In this document: piece after piece, positions 51,639-64,000 of the stretch | How positions within the stretch are numbered: the first letter of the stretch is position 1 | Layout: every line of letters begins with the position of its first letter | Assembly: GCF_032062105.1 (NCBI RefSeq) | Contig: NW_026927173.1 | Span: 124,001-188,000, forward strand | Source of the DNA: Saccostrea cucullata | Taxonomy: Eukaryota | Length of the DNA stretch: 64,000 bases | Direction: 5' to 3' | Position numbers and translations under genes: made by a program | The notes under the pieces: model-generated | Told to the model about the DNA's origin: nothing | Database searches by the model: none | Seen by the model: the letters and a program-made list of their open reading frames with translations, nothing else

Positions 51639-53447
51639 CAGTGTTCGAAATTAGCGTCGGTCCGTCGGTCCTGCGCCGACGTACAAACGGAAGGACTCAT
51701 GTATAGTATGACTAAATGGGTCCTTGAAATGATTTTGGGCCGATGATGATTTAAAAAAGAAAGCCTAAAAATATGTTTCTTTTATCAACCGACACATTCA
51801 AATTGCTATCATATATGTGCCGGTTTTAAAAACTGATGCAATTTTTACAAAGAATGTTAATTGTAGCTTTAGTTGAAATATAAATAGATCCATACAACCT
51901 TCATATAAATATGAAGAGGAATGATCATTTATATAACATCTATTCTTTCCCAAATTTGTTTAGCTTCATTTTCTATCGCAAGACAGCCATGTTGGGTGTC
52001 TACTGTAAATATCCCACCTGGATATTTCAGTCCTGAGATGTTTGGCGCTCTTTATGTAGGAAATAATGGAAAGTGAAAATTAATGTTTTAAATAGAAATT
52101 TTATTATGCATCAATATGTGAGAACTCTCATTAGGTAAAAAAAAAAAAAGCCCAGACAGACCCTCTTTTTTTTTTCGGGGTGGGGGGTGGGGGGGGTTAT
52201 AGGAAACAAAAAGTATGTTGGGACAACTGCACTTTACCGGTACGTACAAATAACATGGAAATAGCACGTGCTTTCTCTCTATAAGAGAGTCACGCGTCAG
52301 CGTGACGATTTCGCTAAAACGGCAATAAAATGCAAAAATAACCCATTTTTTAAAGCATTTTTTATGTTAATAAACGTTTAATTAAAATTATTAACTAAAA
52401 CTGAAAGCATGTGTAAAACAAACCATTCACTTTCATTTATCGGCCACATTCCAAAGTTGATTTTGTTAAGCACGTGACTTATTTCAGTGCTGTGATTGGT
52501 CAGGGTAGGTGACGTGAAATAGAAAGTTTGACTTCCACTCCATATGATTGTAAACAGTGATTCAACGTGCACCATGTTTACGATGATTTGTATTGTGTTT
52601 TCTATGAATGGATATTTTTAATTGACTGACTGCAATATTCTAGAATTTTTGGAAATTTTAGCGATAAATGTGATCCTTAGTTTGTGGAAATGTTGAATAA
52701 GTCGAGGGGTAAAACTTGTAAACATACAGTGAGGACGGTCTTGTTTCGAGAAAAAGCAATCGACAGTATAAGAAAAATGAAACATAAGAGACACATCTTA
52801 GATTTCTGGAAACAGAGCTGCAGTTAATCTAAACTCCTGGATTTATTGACTAAAAATCTGGAGATTTCAATTTGCAAAACACTGGATACTTTACAATCAT
52901 TGAGACTACATGGAATGCAGTTAGGAAATCTCTACTAAAACAAGAATGCACTAGGATAGTAGCTATAATTGAAAAAATGACGTTTATCTCCTTCATCGCC
53001 CATAAAAAAACGTATTTACAACTCGGTGCAAAAAAAGACACAATAGTTCCACAGTGACACGTGTGGATCTGAGTCTTAGCGCTGATTTATTTAACAACTA
53101 AGGTAAGTTTGTTTTATTCATTTATTTTTTGTACGTATTGGGGGCTGCCGCCCCCAAACCCCCGCTTAAAAAAGCGAAAACCCATTTAGATATCGCTTCG
53201 AGAGTTTATTACACAACAAAATGGCGTTCCATTATATGATATTAAAGTTTTTACGCCGCGCACTCTCATATTTCAAAATACCGTACCGGTAAAGTGCATT
53301 CTATGCAGATTATCAATTAAAGTTTATTTTTCCAAAATATTTGATGGTATTATTTTTGGGCCTATGCTGTCTTGGAAGGACTAGTGTACATCCTATATCA
53401 TTGGGTCCTTTGGACCCAAAGGAAATAATTCCGAATTTCGAACACTG
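51639..53447. mobile_element. Non-autonomous hAT-type DNA transposon with an 8-bp TSD, in the AXDND1 5'-UTR intron
   Basis: Perfect 14-bp TIR cagtgttcgaaatt / aatttcgaacactg, flanked by the direct repeat cttactat (51631-51638 and 53448-53455). Confidence 0.9.
52228..53298. mobile_element. TIR element nested inside the hAT-type element
   Basis: Perfect 17-bp inverted repeat tgcactttaccggtacg (52228-52244) / cgtaccggtaaagtgca (53282-53298). The interior is CpG-richer and no TSD is obvious. Confidence 0.65.
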
Positions 53448-53798
53448 CTTACTATGCTTTTACTCTATCAATTCAAGGCTTTATACATGAATCTTGTGCA
53501 CAATATTAAAATGATGAATAAATAAATCATTTTAAAAAATAAGATTTAATCAAGTGTTCTTATAAAAGTTATTTATCTTGTTTTCTGGCTGTAAAAACTT
53601 CATTGTTAGAAAAAGCTGATACAGTACTGAGATGAAAGATCCATACACTGCAATGAGTTTTTGTTGTGCACCTTTGCACTTTAGGTGCATTTACATTATA
53701 TAACCATATCCTTCCTGTCAGTGTGTGTCTACAGCCCGTACATGATCCACTGGATGTATAATCTCTACATATGAAGAAATAAAACTGCTTGTAAATAC

Positions 53799-53922
53799 CT
53801 AAATAATGTGTTTATCCTCTTCAAAATAAGCATCTAATCTGCGCCTCCAATAGGCGCCATTTTAATTTACACTTGTTGTCAAGGTAGGAGGAACCGGAAA
53901 CTGTCAATGTAAATTCTGAACA
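53799..53922. promoter_or_regulatory. Compact putative bidirectional promoter of AXDND1 (-) and SURF2 (+)
   Basis: YY1-type motif cgccatttt (53855-53863), ETS-type ccggaa (53894-53899), a second YY1-like aatggcg over the SURF2 ATG, and a minus-strand donor ag|gtattt at 53799/53798. Confidence 0.55.
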
Positions 53923-56629
<2,707 letters not shown>

Positions 56630-57636
56630 CACAATCTGTTATAAATTATTAAATCATCAAAAAAATTTTACTGTTATTTTAACATTTTTGATCATGGGTC
56701 AAGTCATGAAATATTGGGAAGAGACTTGTTTGTTATGTACATGGTCATTGGTTTTGCTTTAAAGTATGTTTGTTCATGAAATGTTGATTATGCATTGTAT
56801 ATCATTTGTTAAGTTTTTATGATCATTGAAATTAAAATAATTGTTTGTTTTCTCATTATGGTAATTTTTTGCCCTTTCCGCTGCCCATATACAGTTACAT
56901 GTGCATGTATTGCACATGAAAAACATTAATACCAAATCTTTGCTACTTCAGAGGTTATAAAAAAAACAATGAAAACTTCAAGATTAGGGATCAACAATGA
57001 TGGTATATTCAGAAAGATCTTATCACAGTTCATGCACATGTGAAATATGAAGTTAAATTTTCTATTAATCAAAAGTTATGACCAAAGTTTAAAATTTTGG
57101 TGATAGATGGATAAACTTGAACTTTATATCTATGAGCTGACATAATTTCATAGTGTCTGAACACATTTCTTGATGATTGATGCCTTTTTTGGTTTTACCC
57201 TAAATGATTTTGTTAAAAACAAATACGTCAAAATTTTCTTATAATAAGCTTTGTTAAAGTGTCCAAAAAATGTGAAGTAATTTGAAGCGAATTCGAAATA
57301 AAATATGAAAAATAATAATACAAGACTTTGTTTAGGCGGAAAAAGCTCACTAGGTAAATGGAATAAAACGCTAACTATAGCATAGGAAGGGAGGTCTCTT
57401 CTTGTAAAGAGTATTTTGCAATAGTAAATTTTCCTTAATATGCTGCCCCCCCACTTTTTATAAAATAGAGCACTGTCAAATTGCAATTTTGAAATCTTTT
57501 AGATGGACATGACAGAGCACGACATTTTCCTTAATTTTGTACAATTTCAACAAACGCATCTTTTCGGGTCTTTCCGGTAAGCTCGCAAAAATAATCGTTT
57601 TTCGTTTTGTGAGAAAGGCCGGAGAAGTTGAAATGT

Positions 57637-57942
57637 CGTTTTGTTTGATTAATTATATATTGTTTAACGTCCCTCTCGAGATTTTTTCACTTATATGGAG
57701 ACGCCAACACTTGTCGGTGGAGAGCTACAAATTTTGTCCCATGCTCGGCACTCAGGGCCATTGCGCAGTGAGGGATCTTTTTCGTGCCAGCACCTACTGT
57801 GACACGGGACTTTGGATTATACTGGTCATCCGAAGGACTGGTCTCCACGTCCCACAGTGGGATTCGAACCTGCGACGTAATGATCAACTCCTTACTTCCC
57901 GCCTCTAGAGAAAATGCTCTAACCACTGCGCCATTCGGGCGA
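57637..57942 (-). mobile_element. tRNA-derived SINE
   Basis: Minus strand has A box TGGCGCAGTGG and B box GGTTCGAATCC, a central cccgtgtcacagtaggtgctggcacg..gatccctcactg region, and a tail gggacgttaaacaatatataattaatcaaacaaaac. Confidence 0.85.
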
Positions 57943-59659
57943 CAAAATGTCGTTTTGAGTTTCAGTTTATTGATGCATGGCAAATGGTTCCAAAATTTCA
58001 TTTTAGACTCTTTAGAAGACTGGTTCGTCTTCGTAATAAGGATACGCGTGTAGGAATATATAAAGTAAATCTTTGTTTTTTTTCTTTGCACATGTCAAAA
58101 GATTCTCAAGCATGCGCTAGTCTACTCCAGAGGGCGGGAGTTCAGATTAATCCGCTTTTAATCATTTGTTCATGCTTGATTTGGTTTCTATTGATATTAA
58201 TGTACAGTATTTTTGCTGCTCTTTTGTTTTGTTTTTGTATTATTTTTTTTCTTTTTGCATGACATATTGTATTATATTTTTTTTGTTTCCAATCCTTTTG
58301 ATTGGGGGGGGGTTAGATTTACTTTGTTAAGTTTACTTTGTTAAGTAATGAAAATATCAAACCAACCTCTTTGGAAACTAGGATCCTATAAAATATGACA
58401 AGGAGGGCAATGTATTTGAAGAAAATTGAAATTGACACTGAATAGTTTTCAGGTGGGGCTTTGTAATTTTATTTTATTTATTTATTTCGTTTTTTTGCTA
58501 GTCAAAAACATTTCTACGCGCGTCTCTTGTCTATGTGGACGTGAATGCGGAACCCCCCCCCCCCCCCCCCAAAAAAAAAAAAAAAAAAATCCAAGATCCC
58601 TACGTGTTACTACAATATGAAAACATTTCATTAATTTTTTTTTTTAAATAAACATGATACATCATTAAATTAATTCTTCTCTCACATAACTAATGTAATA
58701 ATGAAATTCACCTGTTATGAACTAAACAAATGTTAATGTTTCTCAAAAATTGATGGTCTATGCAGTTATAAACATGAACTTTTCTTCCTGAAAACAGCAT
58801 AATGTCCACGTATTAGCACACCTCAATCTTAATAAATGTGATTAATGACGCATTTTTTACCACGCACCTAAAAGGTAATTTTTTTTTTGAAAGACATTTT
58901 GATTGGTGGCTATAGACAATCCTGTACACACGCATAAGAAAAAAAAAATCAAAACCAAATAAATTTTAAATCGCGTTTGTTTCAATTTTATTTTTAATCA
59001 GATGTTTCTTAACTCTACAGGAAATATAAATGTATAGTAGAATGATGTTTAAAAATAGCCTAACTGTTGTTATCCTTTGTATATCAAGTCTTTGGTAAGT
59101 ATTGTAACTCGAATTAAATAAATCGAAACAAAATATTCCAAATTAGAATTTACTTTTCACAGTTACAGTATTTGGTGTATTATTATTTTTTTTTTCTATT
59201 TTTTTTTTTATTTTTACAGTTGCGATGGATGGATTCTACACGCGAAATCCCTTTGTAAGGAGATGAATGAGAATAGTGCAAAAGGTGCGGTTAAACTTAA
59301 TTCAAGTTTTTTTTCTCGGTCCTACATGTAATATAATTATAAAACACAAGATATTATAATTAAAAACTTTAGATATTTCACTGTTTTATGAATACTAAAA
59401 ATACAGTTACAATTGTCATGGCATGTTAAAATAATTAAAAAATATATTTAAGGTATTTAAGAAAGAATAAACTCAACCGTTGACTATTGTATTCTTTACC
59501 TTTCTACATCTGAAATAACTATTTTTGACATTTGACATTTTTGACATTTCAGGAAGCAATATAACAATCAAGTACACAATACGTAACCATTTTGCGGAAC
59601 CTTGGTTTGAATATGAACAAAACGTGACGTCAGAGGCGGGTCAACCATTCATTAGGTTC

Positions 59660-60454
59660 ATGGAGCAGGCGGCAGAAAACGATATCAACTTCCAGTGAGT
59701 ACTTTTTTTCGTGGACAGAGTTTGGTTTTTACGGTATACCTTACCATAAAGACTATAGACTGGAAAAGGAAGACCTTGTTTTTGAGTTTTAGTATCCTGG
59801 ATTCACTCACAAGGGCCTCCTATCCCACCTTTTCTCTACTATACATATTGCAAACTCCGAATAAAACTTTAGATCTTGCTTGGAATAAAAACTTTTTTAT
59901 TATGTTTAACAGGGAATAAATGCACTGTATTTTATGTGTAATACGAAATAGCGGAAAAGGAAGCCCCCGTGATTTTTTTGTTAAAAATTACATGTAAAAT
60001 TCACTCAATTACATTTATATTTTCAGATTCTCTTCGAGACACTCTAGCAAGCAAGGCTATGCTGTCGAGGGGCTTGGAAAAGACATGTTAGCTGGTACTC
60101 CTGGTTTGGCTCACTGGCGGTTTCTTAAAGCGCCATCTACCGTCCTAAGTCTAGGTAAGAAATTAAAATTAACAACGGTGAACCATTTTTTTGTAAAGAT
60201 TCACCAATTGATAGCTGAGTATTGTTTAAAAAAAATTAAAATTCAACTTTATGGATAGTTTTTGCAACTCATCATGCTATAAAACAAACAAATACAACTT
60301 TTAACCCTCCTATCTTATGAAATAAACACGTACTAAATGAGATATTTTATTAAATCTAATGTTTTATACATTTTCAGATGTGAGTAGATACATACCAAAA
60401 GATGGTGACCATTTAATCTTGGACTTTGCCACAGTCTGGGATTTTGCCATGTAA
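59660..60454 (+). CDS. Candidate unannotated 3-exon small ORF (79 aa) or spliced non-coding/pseudogenic transcript; exons 59660-59694, 60027-60154, 60378-60454
   Basis: Strong splice sites (ca|gtgagt, ttttcag|, ag|gtaaga, ttttcag|). The exons are GC-richer than their surroundings and join without stops. CRE tgacgtca at 59625-59632 upstream and attaaa at about 60570 downstream. Confidence 0.4.
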
Positions 60455-60875
60455 AGGGACGTTTTTGCAGACCATTTCATCAGAAATCCACCATGCGTTG
60501 ATAATTGTATAAATTATGAATTTATATTTGTTCCTTGTTCATATACAATTGGTATTTTTGTATTAATTTATTAAAAGAAATATCTTTATACAGTATGTAT
60601 ATTAAAGTTTATCATATGTTTTACTTTATATGAAATTATTTGAAAAAGTAAGACAAAAGACAAACAAGCGTCTTTCATCTTAAAAATTGCGAACAAGATA
60701 AAAACAGGGAGCCCTTATAACACCAGTGCTTACGAGTAAAAGCATCCATTTCAACCTGACAAGTACACCGTCGACCCCTTTCAACGATTACGATCAGTTA
60801 CATCAAGGACCCATATAGGACTGAGGAATGACAAAATGACGAGATTTCAGCTTCTAATAAACTTTTTGTTCTGTT

Positions 60876-62365
60876 CAATGAAATATATGGAGATAACGAA
60901 TAGTATTCAAGCTCAAAAGTGTATAAAACATAAAAAGGAGCAGAGCAAACACGGACCTCCAAAACACTATCAGGTGCCATGGAGGAGTGAGCTTCCCCTG
61001 CCAACCGGTCTCATCCGCCGTGTGTTCCTTGACATGATCGGGAAATAACAGATGAATCCTCCATCAATTCAGTATGTTAATAATGGACTAATTATAAGTA
61101 TGAAAAATGTCATTCAGCATCTGACTCAGTGATAAATTGTATTTGCTGACAAGTTAATTGCATCGACCATAGAACTTACGAAATGATGACTTATTTCGTC
61201 ACATAATTTACCTCGTTCTAGACATTATACATACGTAGAGCATACTCTTGGATAACTAATCAGCTAAGAGATATAAACTCCATATGCAGGTGATAAAGGT
61301 ATATTGCTGCATAAGTAAGGGAAGTTGACGAAATAAAGACATCACGTTTATAATAAAGCTTGGTTGTTAGATTACCATTAACGTCTTTTTCAAGTAAAAT
61401 ATCCCAATATGAAACAGATGTGTCAGACTCTATATATGGTATCTTTTATCTCGAGTTGACCAGGGTATATCGTATCATAAGAATGAAAATTACCATTGTT
61501 AATTGACAATACGTCTTCGATATATCTAAACGTTGAGTTGAAGGCCACAGCAAGTGTTTTCTTCTATTCACATATAAGATTTTGGACAAATTCTGCTTCA
61601 TATGAATACAAAAATAGATCTGCTAATAACAGGGTGCAATCGTTACCTAGGGGAATTCCAATGGATTGATGGAAGACCTGGTCTCCAAAAATCACATAGA
61701 TATTGTCAATCAGAACTCAAGCATTATTCTGATGTCAAATTCAGCAGTGTTCAGAATACTTGTGTGTACAATCAGAATGTTTTTAACAAAATAATTTTGC
61801 AAACGGCCAATGACAAAGTATATTTACGCGTTCCATTTTTTATTGAAAAAGCAGCCATCAATGATATCAACAAGCCTGGACTTTAATTATCGTGAGGAAT
61901 CGTCGTAGCGGATATAAAGTTGAAAAAGTTGTAAGTTTTTATGGTGTTAATTTTGGGGAAAAAATTGTGATTTAAAATTTTCCAAAAGTTCCTTCGGATT
62001 TTTTAAATATCCACATCACAGTTCTTTGATATTTCTCCTTCAATACTGTTTAGTGAATAAAGAATATTGCTNNNNNNNNNNNNNNNNNNNNNNNNNNNNN
62101 NNNNNNNNNNNNNNNNNNNNNNNNNNNNNNNNNNNNNNNNNNNNNNNNNNNNNNNNNNNNNNNNNNNNNNNNNNNNNNNNNNNNNNNNNNNNNNNNNNNN
62201 NNNNNNNNNNNNNNNNNNNAGTTTTGGAATCCAATATAGATATATTTTATTTAATTTTGGTAGTTTAGAATATTGAAAATACTCAAATCTGACATTATGT
62301 TTTTGAAGAACTTCTTCCTTAGAATGAAACATTTGGAGATAAGAAACAGTATTCAAGATCAAAAG
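60876..62365 (-). mobile_element. Degenerate Penelope-like retroelement RT plus 3' end (probably the Naiad clade, N-terminal endonuclease type); spans the N gap
   Basis: Minus-strand remnants LYWIPK, IFKNPKELLEN, TYNFSTLY..TIPHD, QSIGIPLGNDCTLLLADLFLYSYEAEF and FNSTFRYIEDVLSINN, with stops and frameshifts. The RT runs directly into the 3' UTR with no C-terminal endonuclease. Confidence 0.75.
62072..62219. other. Assembly gap (run of N)
   Basis: Run of n characters. Confidence 1.
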
Positions 62366-62376
62366 TCAATAAAACA

Positions 62377-62975
62377 ATACAAAACAGGAGTAGAGTAAAC
62401 ACGGATCTCCAAAATATCGGAGGTGGGATCAGGTGCCATGGAGGAGTGAGCATCCCCTGCCGACCAGCCACACCCGCTGTTTGCTCCCTGCCAGGATCGG
62501 GAAATAACGGAAAAATCCGTCGTCAACTCAGTGTATAAATAATGGACTGACAACCAGTATGAAAAACGTGAGTAAACATTTGACTCAATGGTAAATTGGA
62601 TTTGCTGAGAAGGTAGCCGGATCGACCATAGAACTTATGAAATGATGACTTTAAACGAGACTGCTGAAATTCTTGTTTCATCAACTTGTTTGTCAATAAT
62701 TTACCTCGTTTTAGAAATTGTTCATACAAGAGCATGCTATTGCGTATCGAATCAACTGAGATATATACACTCCGTATGCAGGTGATGAAGGTATATTGCT
62801 TCATAAGTAAGGGAAGTTGACGATATCACGTTTACCTTAGAGCTTGGTTGTTAGATTACCTTAAATGTCTTTTTCAAGTAAAATATCCAAACACGAAACA
62901 GATGTGTCAGACTTTGTGGTGTCCTTTATCTCAAGCTCACCAGAATATAACGTATCGACATAGGAATGAAAATGG
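62377..62975 (-). mobile_element. Second tandem copy of the Penelope-like element 3' portion
   Basis: Collinear with 60930-61490. Encodes ..FLKRGKLLTNKLMKQEFQQSRLKSSFHKFYGR..LPLSQM. Confidence 0.8.
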
Positions 62976-62989
62976 AATAGGAGTATAAT

Positions 62990-63280
62990 GAGGAGTACCA
63001 TATGTAGAATTAAATTCAAGTTCCGCTATGTAATGAATAATACAGCTTTCAAAGTTGCACCTCCATCAGTTAAAAGACTTGGTTTCGCATTTTCACCCAA
63101 GTACTGAAGATCTAAAACAAAATCCTATTCATAGCTCTTGCTTTTTTTTCAACTACATTTTTGCCGGACACGTCATTACTGGGGATTTTATTATAGTTGA
63201 AGAGGAAGACATAAAATCAATCACCGTAAAATTTCCTAAATACAGGCGACCCCGATTTTATAATTGACGACAGAACTTCA
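62990..63280 (+). mobile_element. Inverted fragment of the Penelope-like element region upstream of RT
   Basis: ORF 63055-63267 contains AGHVITGDFIIV..KFPKYRRP, resembling the GHVITGDL..KGPKYREP block I recall preceding RT in this family. Its orientation is opposite to the adjacent copies. Confidence 0.55.
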
Positions 63281-64000
63281 TATCTATTATTTTTTCTGTC
63301 TTATGTACGTATACAAGACATATAGATTGCAGATTTATTGTAATAAAATGTTAAATTCCTTTGATAAACATCAGTTCTGAACACAATTTCCCTGTAGTAC
63401 ATAGTCCAGAATAATGTGATCTCCGTCCTGTGGAATATAGGTACTCACTCCTGCAATAATACACTACTGATTACCTAAACTGTTTTGTTAATAAATGTCA
63501 CAGGTTCAATGTAAGAAATGGTGTATTTTGAAAGCAAAATTTTTAATTTCTATTATAAATAGAGAAAAAATATGAGGTGTGCTTTTACTTACTTTAGATA
63601 TGAACTAAAGAGGAATGCTTTCTTTAATAAATATCATCTTCTGCCCGTAATGTAATTGAAACCTATAAACCCTATTACTTATTACGTCCTTAATCCAAAT
63701 TATTCTAGCAGTAAACGTTAAAAAATACGTAGGGCTCAAGTGTATTTCCAAGTACAATTTATATTACATTTATAAAGGGGAGAGAAGCCCCCGCACAGAA
63801 CTTACCAACTGGCAATACTGTAGACGGCGCTCTCAGGAACTGCCAGTAAGACAAACCAAGAACGCCCTCCCTACTTGTTTCCTTTCCTAGCTTTTGTATG
63901 AAGTATCCAAGTTTAGCATAATATGTTGATGAAAACCTGAAGAAATACGAAATTTAAGGTTTAAAACCGTCATACTATGAGTTCCGAGTTTAATAGTTTT

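Noticed and set aside
57850-57942. tRNA gene
   Set aside because: A and B boxes are present, but there is no proper cloverleaf and the sequence continues into a SINE body and tail.
62003-62362. ORFs containing X runs
   Set aside because: Artefacts of the N gap. Only the LYWIPK part is informative, as retroelement RT.
62419-62482. Canonical HDV-like ribozyme call
   Set aside because: Required P1.1, P4 and J4/2 elements are not present, so it is kept only as an unclassified structured-RNA candidate.

Overview
AT-rich, intron-containing animal DNA, most likely a bivalve mollusc (probably an oyster, judged from the 166-bp Cg170-like satellite inside Helentron/HINE-type elements). It is not prokaryotic. 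By splicing exons by hand I recover six host genes: the 3' end of TSC1/hamartin (+), MRPS18B (-) head-to-head with PPP1R10/PNUTS (+), an intronless class A GPCR (-), and AXDND1 (-) head-to-head with SURF2 (+). There is also a candidate unannotated 3-exon, 79-aa ORF near 60 kb. Repeats include several satellite-carrying HINEs, MITEs and foldback elements, a hAT-type element with an 8-bp TSD and a nested TIR element, a degraded DIRS (tyrosine recombinase) retrotransposon, a tRNA-derived SINE, a 5S-like fragment, and tandem/inverted Penelope-like (probably Naiad) fragments. The most striking signal is syntenic. The MRPS18B/PPP1R10 divergent pair matches the arrangement in the human MHC (6p21.3), and the human orthologues of TSC1, SURF2 (9q34) and AXDND1 (1q25) lie on MHC paralogons, so the window looks like a compact piece of the ancestral proto-MHC. 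Several repeat-rich stretches look like mosaic, low-quality consensus, one of which corrupts a PPP1R10 exon. Gene identities come from remembered sequence motifs; no database search was run.
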